In this document: piece by piece, positions 23,590-34,417 of the stretch
Layout: the number at the start of each line of letters is the position of its first letter
How positions within the stretch are numbered: the first letter of the stretch is position 1
Assembly (NCBI GenBank): GCA_032718475.1
Contig: JAUCBJ010008280.1
Location: 1-44,817 of the forward strand
Reading direction: 5' to 3'
Length of the DNA: 44,817 nucleotides
From: Nemertoderma westbladi
Lineage: Eukaryota; Animalia; Xenacoelomorpha
Position numbers and translations under genes: made by a program
Notes under the pieces: generated by a model
Told to the model about the DNA's origin: nothing
The model's database searches: none
What the model saw: only the letters and a program-made list of their open reading frames with translations

Positions 23590-24540
23590 AAGACAGACAG
23601 ACAACTGACAGACAGACATACAGACTAGATTCCACCAAACCTTAAAACTGACATCGGAAATGAAATCAGCGACCCCGAAAACCCCCATAATGAAAGTTTT
23701 AGCTCTGTGATGTGCTTCGTTCGTTCCAGAAATGATTAACCAATCAGACCACAGACTGCCACTTTTGGCGGGAAGGTTTAAACTTGAAGGCAATGATCTC
23801 GGAATGACAATTTTTATTCTCAAAATACAACTCCCCGCCATTTTTAACCAATTTTCTTTATTTTTGGCTCAGTCGAAAGGGTTTCAGCTGTTCTTTAAAA
23901 GTTATCGGTTGGAATTTTTATATTTCTGTTTTTAAAGCCAATTTTTCAAATTAAAGCCAAAAATTTGTTAAAATTTTGCCAAATACTGTATTAATAAATA
24001 TTATTAATTTTCATAAAAAGGGAAAACTAAAAATTTTAACCAAATAACTTTTGTGGAGCTCACCTCCGTAATTCGAAAAAAAAAATGGTTTCATACAATT
24101 TCACCTAAAATTGAATGACTATAATAGCATTCTATCCGCAAATCGTGTATCATTCAATGGCCCCTAGAGGGCGACTTGAAAATTTTTCGAAAAAACAAAT
24201 GTTTAGCCATACTATAACAGCCCATGTATAAAATATGTCTGTCTGTCTGTTCGTCTGTCTGTCCGTCTGTCTGTCTGTCAAAATATAAGAAAATCAATCC
24301 ACCTATATAAAAGTTTTGTTATGGGGGTTATCTTGGTTGCTTATTTCATTTCCGTCGTCAGCTTTCACTTTTAACAAAACCTACTATGTCTACGTATGTC
24401 TGTCTGTCGGTTTTTCTGTCTGTCCATCTATCTGTCTGTCAAAGTAATAGGAAATCATGCCAACTGGCTAAAAAGTTCGTTATGTGGGTTTTCATGGTTG
24501 TTGATTTCATTTCCGATCCGTAAAACCCTTACAACAAAAT
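23590..24540. mobile_element. Decayed non-autonomous element with inverted copies of a (TCTG)n-associated core related to the 146-bp satellite
   Basis: 23590-23700 on the minus strand reads GGGGGTTTTCGGGGTCGCTGATTTCATTTCCGATGTCAGTTTTAAGGTTTGGTGGAATCTAGTCTGTATGTCTGTC. Plus-strand homologs at 24310-24440 and 24470-24520. Confidence 0.5.
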
Positions 24541-24631
24541 TCGATGTCGAATCGATGTCGTTCCTCAGACTCTGGAATATCTTGTTTTCTTCCTCCTTTT
24601 GGGGCCATCCTCCCCTCGGCGTGGTTGAGGA

Positions 24632-24813
24632 TACTACTACTAGGATCGGCATGCTGCATTGTAGCTGCATTTTTAAGAATGCTGTGCCGGCTTGTCGACA
24701 AAATTGCGCCGCCACAACTTCCTATCACCCATGACATTTGCTAGATCATCCGCATCTTCAAGGCCAGTGTCCTTTAAGATGCGTCTCAAGAAAGTCATGG
24801 GCTGTCCACCACG
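24632..24813 (-). mobile_element. RTE-clade LINE 3' terminus with (TAG)n tail
   Basis: Reverse-complement homolog of 10050-10242 (RGGQPMTFLRRILKDTGLEDADDLANVMGDR); the tail appears as TACTACTACTA on the plus strand. Confidence 0.8.
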
Positions 24814-24817
24814 CTTA

Positions 24818-25193
24818 TTTATTACTTATTAGTATAATTATAGCTTTTTCATAGCTGTTTTGACTATTGATTTATGTTCTGTAAAATATTGTGGACTGAT
24901 TACATGATAATGAATGAATGATGAAAAGATATGGTAGAAATGAGGTAGAAATTCAACACCCCGTAGCACAACAACATTTAGGGTAGCTAGCAAGTGGTTT
25001 TTTAATGGTAGCTATTGCTACTGCACGGCCCTTATATTCCAAAACCGTGTATCTCAATTTTTGGCATTTTGAGAAAATGGCCAAAAACCATTCCGGTTTT
25101 TTATGGTTATTCATTTTAAATTCTTACTTGGATTAATTCGGGAAATTTCCATATTAATATTCAATATAGGGTAAACGCATGTGCCGAATCCAC
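24818..25193 (+). repeat. Near-identical duplicate of 29915-30290
   Basis: Same sequence from ATTACTTATTAGTATAATTATAG to GCCGAATCCAC, offset 5097. Partial copies also at 28078-28245 and 37551-37625. Confidence 0.9.
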
Positions 25194-25755
25194 CTGAGGC
25201 AAAATTAAGGCGTGAAAATAAAGGGAAATATGTTAAAAACACCATAGTACACCGATAGTACACCTTAGCAGGTATTGGTCAATATACTTGCGCCGCAAAC
25301 GTATAACTTTTTTTGGATCAAAATCGGCTAACTCATTTTTTATTCTTCAAAACCAGCTATCTTTTATGTTTTAATTTTTAACAAAACCGTTTATCTCTAT
25401 GTTTGAATATAAACTTTTATTTTATTAATTAATAATGACCATTAATATTTATTAATAAACATTAATAACGATTAATCTATTAAACTCTACAATTAATTTG
25501 TTTAGTCATAAATTGTTTAGGCAAATGGCAAATACCTGAGTAAATTTCAATAGGCCAGTTTTGATAGCTCATTCAATTGTAGTGATTAGTTGTAGTGTAG
25601 TGGTGTAATGATTTTTAATTTCGTGTAGTGTTAGCTGATTTAATTGCTGTGATTGGTCAGTTTTTATCGCGGGTTAGCTTATTAAATTGTTGTGATTGGC
25701 CAGTTTTAATCGAGGGTTTGTTTTTTATTGGTCAGTCTTTTATTTATCCGTCTAT

Positions 25756-27143
25756 TCAGCCGTTATTCATTGTACCATTGTACTTGACACAATGAACCCG
25801 GCGTAGCATTCTTGTGAATGTGCCATCCAGAGATTTGGTGTCCTCAGCAGTTCGAGCCCAGCATGGACTCCTATAGAGGAGTACTGGAACTACCGCTGCT
25901 CTAAATAATCGGACCTTAAGTTTCCGATTAATTCTCGGTGACTTCCAAATCCTGGAAAGCCTATTCAAGGATGACCATGCTTTTCCCTTGCGTATTCGAA
26001 GGTCCTCACCTGACTTCCGGATCCATGATCAGAGGTAACAGAAGTCGTCCACATGCTCAAGCATACCATCCTTTGAGCTTATGCTCATCCGATCAGAGAC
26101 ATGCTGAGGACTTTCAAAGTTAACTGTCAGATTTTTGGTCTTTCTGGAGTTAATAAAAAGACCAACACTAGAAGCAGCCTGTTCTAATGAGCTGAGGAGC
26201 CGTTGGGCTCCCTCTAGTGATTCTGAGAGTACTCCCAAGTCATCAGCAAAGTCTAGATCAGTTAGGTACTTGGCAGGATTTCCTCGACTTCTGGAGCCAG
26301 TAGGTGGAGTTATCATCACCCCATCATCATTATGTTAATCTAAGGACATGCGTAGAACATCGTCAACCACAATTATGAACAAGAATGGTGCAAGTGTGTC
26401 TCCCATAACCCCATAAGGACACCCCATAACACTTCAAATGGTTCTGTGTCACCGTCAACAGTAGACACAAATCTTGTCGAACCATCGTATACTGATCTGC
26501 AATAATTTTATTATTAGCTCTATTTTAATTATTAGCTCCTGTTGATTAACAGAGTACTGCCTGTTCAGGGACCTAGATGCAGCCTTAACTGCATTCTTGG
26601 CCGCTGTAGTCTGTTTGAGTCGGGACTCTTTCTGCGCCTTATAGAGGTTATTTCGGCACTTCTGAATTTTGTTGTCAATCCAGGGGGCCCTTTTCCTGTT
26701 TCGAGGGAATACAGGAACTATTTCTGCAGACGCTAACTTAACTGCTTCTGTGAAGGCAGTATAGCCATTTCCAGAGATAAAATCCTGAAGATGGACAGCA
26801 TTTCGGTTAACCCGAAATACGGATAGACCCAGGGCGATGAAGGTGATTGATGCACACTTGCATTAAAGTCTACCAGGAATGTTAAAGAATGCATCCTGAT
26901 CCAATCCATCAGTAGCTGCTTGTAGATTGTGGTAGAAATTTTCCACCTCCTCTACAGGGGCAACACTAGTTGGAGAGTAGCACCCAATCAGAACCACCTT
27001 AGGGAACTTCTTAGCCAGTCTTCTAGAACATGATATGTGGCAACGGATGATAAGGTTAGAGATTTGGTCTATTTTGTCCAATGCTGCATGTGCAGTTGGA
27101 TTCATCAATAGACCAATTCCACCATTGCCACTATCATCTGCTG
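25756..27143 (-). mobile_element. RTE-clade LINE body, decayed and internally deleted (APE + RT)
   Basis: APE: GNGGIGLLM..IGCYSPT..VENFY..GDFNA (26850-27143). RT: GDTLAPFLFIIVVD (about 26350-26405), LDFADDLGVLSESLEGAQRLL..GLFINSRKTK, and RIWKS..KLKVRLFRAAV..LLY. Confidence 0.88.
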
Positions 27144-28274
27144 ACGCGAGGGCGAGTCGCAAGCCTCCCCGAGTTTCCTTTTTTCCTTTTTTTTTAGAAC
27201 GTTTCCTTTTTTCCCTTTTTTTGTCCATTTTCACACCATTGTTTCCTTTTTTTAGTTCAAAAAATAGCCTGTTGTAAGTGTAACATGTTCTATTCAGTAC
27301 AGGTCAGCGGGGAGACAACTGGACATGTCTTGCAGTCTAATCAATTACCGTTACTGTACCACCTGACTGTTCATCACCTTCAAGGCAGAACCCCCTAAGT
27401 CGATTTTTTTCGATTTTCATGTTTTTGACTTTTTGGGTAATTCGATATCGGCTTTTTCGTCTGGCAGAACCACGAAGCTTTTCTATCAGCCATTTTTAAG
27501 TTATAAGCCAAAGACAGTTCCCCGTAACTTACGCCCACTTCGAGGCAGAACCCCACAAGTCAATATAGATATAGAGATATACTGTAGTATTTATTGTTCC
27601 AGTAGCTGTCAAACATATTACAAGTCAAACTGAACCTTCTTATATTATGACACTGCTTCCGGGGTCTACTACACATCCTCGACCGGCCACGGGTTGACCA
27701 ACAGCAGGTTCCCAGAGCGAAACCGTAAGTGAGGTAGATAAGGTAGATATTCTACAAGGGAAACACCTAAGGATCGGATAAGGGTCTTTCGATATTCTCA
27801 CTCCCCTAAAGAAAGTTATCCCTTCAGTGACCTTTACTGGAGTCGAGTTTCCTTACACGTTACTGTATTGCTGATACATGATATACAGTGATATTCAAAC
27901 TAGTGTTTAATCATTTTGTAAATGTGTAAGTATAATACAGTTTTTGGGCAATTTATTTCACTCTGGTGATATATAGTAAGATCAAATATTATAAAATAAA
28001 TTTATAGTTGATTAGCGAAATGGTTTACTAACATATTAATTCGATATAATCAACAATATTTCAGTTCTGGTGCAATTTGACTATTGATTTATGTTCTGTA
28101 AAATATTGTGGACTGATTACATGATAATGAATGAATGATGAAAAGATATGGTAGAAATGAGGTAGAAATTCAACACCCCGTAGCACAACAACATTTAGGG
28201 TAGCTAGCAAGTGGTTTTTTAATGGTAGCTATTGCTACTGCAGTAGCTAGTGTTCTTTAATTAACACTAGCATC

Positions 28275-28483
28275 ATCTCGGGGAAACCTGAGAGAGTGTA
28301 CAACTCGTGGGAGACCTGAGAGAGTGTACATCTCGTGGGAGACCTGAGAGAGTGTACATCTCGTGGGAGACCTGAGAGAGTGTTCATCTCGTGGGAGACC
28401 TGAGAGAGTGTACATCTCGGGGAGACCTGAGAGAGTGTACATCTCGTGGGAGACCTGAGAGAGTTTACATCTCGTGGGAGGCA
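28275..28483 (+). repeat. 27/28-bp minisatellite GGGAGACCTGAGAGAGTGTACATCTCG(T), short array
   Basis: About 7 units, period 28 (28311, 28339). Confidence 0.95.
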
Positions 28484-29389
28484 GGTTTTTAGAATATTCG
28501 GTGACGGTTCTATTTAAAGACTATTCTGTGAACACTGTAGATATTTCTTTTTTATATTTTAATATTTTTCATTTATTAATCAATTAAATTAAATTCACCT
28601 TAGTAAATTAAGACGTAAACAAACAATTGCTATTTTCACTTAATTGACAGCTTTAATTTCTTTGTATTGTAGTTAAAATTTTTTGCAGATTATAACACCA
28701 GAAATGTCTGAAATGCAGGTTAAATTAACCAATAATAACCAACGCACGTAGGCCTCATTAATATATGACAGCAGCTAAAGTTAACAATGTAAATGTCCCT
28801 ATATATAGAAGCATTGTATCATTTCGCATCTTATAGGATAAATAAGTTGGAAGCTGAGGGGGGGGGGGGGGGGGGGGAGTAGAGAATTTAATAATTATTA
28901 CTTATTAGTATAATTATTGCTACTCTGATTGCTTGAATGAAAATGTATTATAATATACATGGGGAGATATAATATCATTATTCTGCCTATTTTTATAGCT
29001 GTTTTATAGCTGTTTTGACTATTGATTTATGTTCTGTAAAATATTGTGGACTGATTACATGATAATGAATGAATGATGACGAGTATTGGTATGACAAATG
29101 GAAACTGGACATTAGGGAAACTTAACACGTAACTCAAAATAATTTTAGAGATTTTTTCGTTAAGAAATAATAAATAGTTTTTCAAAAAAAGTTGCTCCGT
29201 GTAAGGTGGTCAGCAATTAAAAAAAAAAATGAAGAGAGCTGCTGAGCTGAAGATTTAAGAAGACGGTTGAACCGAGCCCGAATATCACGTCAGGCAAACG
29301 AGACTTACCGCTGCGCCGGTACTTCACTTTCCGTTCACTAGTACCCAAGGTATTGTCCGTGGTAATTTCCTGCACATTTAAGGCCCGGG

Positions 29390-29940
29390 TTCTTACCTTG
29401 GATCAATCCTCGCGCCCACGCGCTCAGGCCCTTCGCGATTTCAGGTACGGCCCGCCCCCCCTACTCCACTCTGCTCGCTTCCTCTCCACTCCGATTTTCG
29501 CGTTTTTAGAATATTCGGTGACGGTTCTATTTAAAGACTATTCTGTGAACACTGTAGATATTTCTTTTTTATATTTTAATATCTTTCATTTATTAATCAA
29601 TTAAATTAAATTCACCTTAGTAAATTAAGACGTAAACAAACAATTGCTATTTTCACTTAATTGACAGCTTTAATTTCTTTGTATTGTAGTTATAATTTTT
29701 TGCAGATTATAACACCAGAAATGTCTGAAATGCAGGTTAAATTAACCAATAATAACCAACGCACGTAGGCCTCATTAATATATGACAGCAGCTAAAGTTA
29801 ACAATGTAAATGTCCCTATATATAGAAGCATTGTATCATTTCGCATCTTATAGGATAAATAAGTTGGAAGCTGAGGGGGGGGGGGGGGGGGGGGGGGGAG
29901 TAGAGAATTTAATAATTATTACTTATTAGTATAATTATAG
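29390..29940 (+). repeat. Dispersed repeat with GC-rich head and poly-G tract; rearranged copies at 28485-28915 and 36495-37038
   Basis: Near-identical track ORFs 29353-29604 and 36727-36933. Shared GTTTTTAGAATATTCGGTGACGG...GTTGGAAGCTGA(G)n. Confidence 0.85.
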
Positions 29941-30320
29941 CTTTTTCATAGCTGTTTTGACTATTGATTTATGTTCTGTAAAATATTGTGGACTGATTAC
30001 ATGATAATGAATGAATGATGAAAAGATATGGTAGAAATGAGGTAGAAATTCAACACCCCGTAGCACAACAACATTTAGGGTAGCTAGCAAGTGGTTTTTT
30101 AATGGTAGCTATTGCTACTGCACGGCCCTTATATTCCAAAACCGTGTATCTCAATTTTTGGCATTTTGAGAAAATGGCCAAAAACCATTCCGGTTTTTTA
30201 TGGTTATTCATTTTAAATTCTTACTTGGATTAATTCGGGAAATTTCCATATTAATATTCAATATAGGGTAAACGCATGTGCCGAATCCACCTAAAATTTA
30301 CAAAACATTGTCAAAATTTC

Positions 30321-31190
30321 ATCTCGGGGAGACCTGAGAGAGTGTACATCTCGTGGGAGACCTGAGAGAGTGTACATCTCGTGGGAGACCTGAGAGAGTT
30401 TACATCTCGTGGGAGGCATGAGAGAGTGTACATTTCGTGGGAGGGAGACCTGAGAGAGTGTACATCTCGGGGAGACCTGAGAGAGTGTTCATCTCGTGGG
30501 AGACCTGAGAGAGTGTACATTTCGGGGAGACCTGAGAGAGTGTACATCTCGTGGGAGACCTGAGAGAGTGTTCATCTCGTGGGAGACCTGAGAGAGTGTA
30601 CATCTCGGGGAGACCTGAGAGAGTGTACATCTCGTGGGAGACTTGAGAGAGTTTACATCTCGTGGGAGGCATGAGAGAGTGTACATCTCGTGGGAGACCT
30701 GAGAGAGTGTACATCTCGGGGAGACCTAAGAGAGTGTTCATCTCGTGGGAGACCTGAGAGAGTGTTCATCTCGTGGGAGACCTGAGAGAGTGTACATCTC
30801 GGGGAGACCTGAGAGAGTGTACATCTCGTGGGAGACCTGAGAGAGTTTACATCTCGGGGAGACCTAAGAGAGTGTTCATCTCGTGGGAGACCTGAGAGAG
30901 TGTACATTTCGGGGAGACCTGAGAGAGTGTACATCTCGTGGGAGACCTGAGAGAGTGTTCATCTCGTGGGAGACCTGAGAGAGTGTATATTTCGGGGAGA
31001 CCTGAGAGAGTGTACATCTCGGGGAGACCTGAGAGAGTGTTCATCTCGTGGGAGACCTGAGAGAGTGTACATTTCGGGGAGACCTGAGAGAGTGTACATC
31101 TCGTGGGAGACCTGAGAGAGTGTACATCTCGGGGAGACCTGAGAGAGTTTACATCTCGTGGGAGGCATGAGAGAGTGTTCATCTCGTGGA
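30321..31190 (+). repeat. 27/28-bp minisatellite, long array (~31 units)
   Basis: Tandem GGGAGACCTGAGAGAGTGT(A/T)CATCTCG(T) with occasional GGCATGAG variants. Confidence 0.97.
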
Positions 31191-31199
31191 AGTCTTTCA

Positions 31200-31402
31200 A
31201 CGAAAATGAACTACACTTTCTTTTGAAATGTAGTGGATATACTAATCTCCGCCTAAAATACGTCGGTAATTATTACTGCACCAACACAAATTTTCAGAAG
31301 TTTGCAGAACTAATAGGAGTGACATACGATACTGACCTTATAAAACTAGGATTGTATATATATTACGCTTTCGAAAAAAGAAAATCTGTTTTGGGATACT
31401 AG
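31200..31402 (+). pseudogene. C-terminal fragment of a LINE ORF2 (CR1-group-like tail)
   Basis: ENELHFLLKCSGYTNLRLKYVGNYYCTNTNFQKFAELI..LIKLGLYIYYAFEKR* resembles the EDE.HFLL.C..Y..LR..Y C-terminal zinc-knuckle region of invertebrate LINE RTs. Confidence 0.7.
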
Positions 31403-31428
31403 AATAAAACGTATTGAACTGAAATTAA

Positions 31429-32931
31429 TTAGCAAGTCGTTAGACTTGATTACTGTAAGAATTGTTAGCTGATTGACTGGCTGACTGGCTGGCTGACTGG
31501 CTGGCTGACTGGCTGGCTGATCTACAGCCAAAACTACTCTAACGATTTTGATGAAATTTTCACAGCGGCTGGATACCGCGATTCTAAGGTCTCAGGTATG
31601 TTCCGCTATTTCGTCCATGAGCCGTGGGCTCGAAAAATAGACATAAACGAAAAAACGCCATTGGCGCAATGGTAAAATAACACCAATGACAGCTGGTGCC
31701 GTGGTGAAAAATGGCTTATGTAATGCATTTCTACACAAGGCTTAGTATAAATCGATGAGGTTGCCAAGATTATTGTACTTAGTACACCCATACTATTTGT
31801 TTAGGCCCTGCACTCTCTGTCAAAGCAAATATTAACTGGTTGATTTAGTTTGTGGTTCTACACAGGCTTAGTATAAATCGATGAGGCTGCCAACTGGTTG
31901 GTTTAGTTTGCAATCTATTACCGCCTCAGCTGAATAACTCTTCCCCCTGCTGAATGACTATTAGGTATACAGTGTATCGGCTACATTAATGCCAACATTA
32001 ATACTGTGGAGGCTGTATGCTTATAAGGTGGAATGTTTACACAGCCTTATACTGATACTCTGTAAGGCTAAGACTAACATTATAGTTTGAAATATAAAAA
32101 TCACTTCTTATTATCTGTATTGGGTTAATAATCACTGTGGCATTCAAAATGTTTTATAGGTGATTGACATTTAGTGCAAGCTGAATGACTGTTAGTTACA
32201 GAGTACTACTGCACTGTATTTTATTTTTAAATCTTTCGTCCAATATTAATACTTTGGAGGTTGTATGCTTATAAGGCGAATGTTTACTCAGCTTCATACT
32301 GATTCACTGTAAGGCTAACACTAACGTTATAGTTTAAAACATAAAAATCACTGCTTACTATCTGTATCAGGTTATACACTGTGGCATTCAAAATGTTTAA
32401 ATGTTTTATAGGTGATTGATATTTAGTACAAGCTGAATGACTGTAGGTTACAGAGTACTATTGCACTGTATTTTATTTTTAAATCTTTTGGCCAACATTA
32501 ATACTGTGGAGGCTGTATGCTTATAAGGCGGAATGTTTACTCAGCCTCATACTGATACTCTGTAAGGCTTACACTAACATTATAGTTTGAAATATAAAAA
32601 TAACTGCTTATTATCTGTATTGGGTTAATCACTGTGGCATTCAAAATGTTTTGTTAGGTGAATGACATTTAGTGGCTAAGATTATTCTCTGTCAGATTCC
32701 CTTCACACCATAGGCAAACATTGTTGAGGCTGAGGGAATTTACTTTAGTTTACTCTACTGAGTCATTCAGCTGAATGGATTTGAGCAATTGCCAAATTAC
32801 AGAGTGGGATCTCTCTCTGACCATAGATAAATAACACTTCCCTTCTGAACAAAGGTAAACATTGTTGAGGGAACTTATCTTTGATTGACGACTTCCGACT
32901 TGCTTAACGGCGTCTTGACGCCGTCACTAGT
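31429..32931 (+). mobile_element. DINE-1/Helentron-like non-autonomous element, end-type A (copy A1)
   Basis: 5' TT-AGCAAGTCG with hairpin CAAGTC-GTTA-GACTTG, (GACT/GGCT)n microsatellite, conserved core, three ~230-250-bp internal tandem repeats (about 31950, 32180, 32432), 3' subTIR CGACTTGCT, hairpin ACGGCGTC-TT-GACGCCGT, terminal CACTAGT. Confidence 0.85.
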
Positions 32932-34417
32932 TAGGAACCGAGAGGTTCATTACTGTAAGAATTGCTCTGGCTGGCTGACTGGCTGGCTGATCTACAGCCA
33001 AAACTACTCTAACGATTTTGATGAAATTTTCACAGCGGCTAGATACCGCGATTCTAAGGTCCCTGGTATGTTCCGCTATTTCGTCCATGAGCCGTGGGCT
33101 CGAAAAATAGACATAAACGAAAAAACGCCATATGCGCAATGGTAAAATAACACCAATAACAGCTGGTGTCGTGATGAAAAATGGCTTATGTAATGGATTT
33201 CTACACAAGGCTTAGTATAAATCGATGAGGTTGCCAAGATTATTGTACTTAGTACACCCCTACTGTTTGTTTAGGACCTGCACTCTCTGTCAAAGCAAAT
33301 ATTAACTGGTTGGTTTAGTTTGAAATCTAATATCGCCTCAGCTGAATTACTCTTCCCAATGCAATCTATGGGAATATCTCACTCTGCTAATGTAAGCTGA
33401 ATGACTGTTACGTACACAGTGAGTTGGCTACATTAATGCCAACATTATTGCAAAATGTTTTATTGTTGGATTACTCTCTGTCAGTCTCCCCTTCAGAACA
33501 TTGTATAGGGAATTTACTTTAGTTTACTCTACTGTGCCATTCAGCTGAATGGATTTGAGCGATTGCCAAGTTACAGAGTTGGATCATTCTCTGACCATAG
33601 GCAAAGACATCAAATCTTTTTAAAAATATACTTTTTCCATGTTTTTTTTCTGACCAAAAATTTAAAAAAAAAATTTTTCGTAGCCAGTACTGCCAATCGA
33701 TTCGCCATCAAAAATAACGCAAAAAATTTTTTTTGCAAAATTTTAAATTACTGTAAATTTTTGGCGACTGGGGGGGGGGTCAATTTTTTTCGATCCGCTA
33801 TAACTCCGGAACGCTTTGTCCAAATTCGATGGGGTTTTCATTTTTCAACTTAATTAGATGTCCTCTTTCAGCCTATCCATGTTTCCAAACCCCAAACAGC
33901 GCCGTTCAAAAAATAATTTTTTCCAGTTCTAGAATTTTACAAATTTCAAAAAAGTTTCAGTATTTTATTAACGCCTTTACGGAATTCGATAGCGTTTTCG
34001 ATTTTTATATTAAACGCAATATCCTGAATCTCACTAGCCTAGTTTCGCGCCACCAACGCCAAGACTTCATACTTTTTGAGGAAAATTTTTCTAGAATAAT
34101 TTTTATTTAATTACATTTATCGCGATTTCTTATTACTGGTTGCACATGAATTGATGGAGTTTTCAATTTATTAACTAAACACGATATCGCGCATCGCACC
34201 AGCGTGGTTTCGAAATTCCAAAACGAGGTCTTCACTAGTTGCAGGTCGATTTTGTTCTAGAATTGAGTAACTAATAATAGATCGAATTTATTAATAATTA
34301 TTGTATGAAATATGATTGTATTTTTACATAATTATTAGTTCTATAATGATTCTCGTTGTCTCTTTTATTTGAAATAAAAAGTCGGTTCCTTATCGGGCCG
34401 CTAGGCCCGTCACTAGT
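32932..34417 (+). mobile_element. DINE-1/Helentron-like element, end-type B with A-like interior (copy B1, chimeric)
   Basis: 5' TAGGAACCGA with hairpin GAACC-GAGA-GGTTC. Interior 33140-33605 resembles type A; 33607-34353 is unrelated sequence. 3' TCGGTTCCT, hairpin CGGGCC-GCTA-GGCCCG, terminal CACTAGT. Confidence 0.8.

Noticed and set aside
27144-27260. Lys/Arg-rich N-terminus of ORF 26863-27234
   Set aside because: It derives from an unrelated T-rich low-complexity tract abutting the truncated RTE endonuclease.
27650-27860. Possible RTE 5' UTR with HDV-like ribozyme
   Set aside because: The position and GC content are suggestive, but I could not build the nested double pseudoknot by eye; an Infernal/RNArobo search is needed.
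29300-29500. Minus-strand mini-exons suggested by two GTAAG donor-like sites
   Set aside because: The implied intron is only about 27 nt, the segment is a dispersed repeat, and no coherent reading frame was found.
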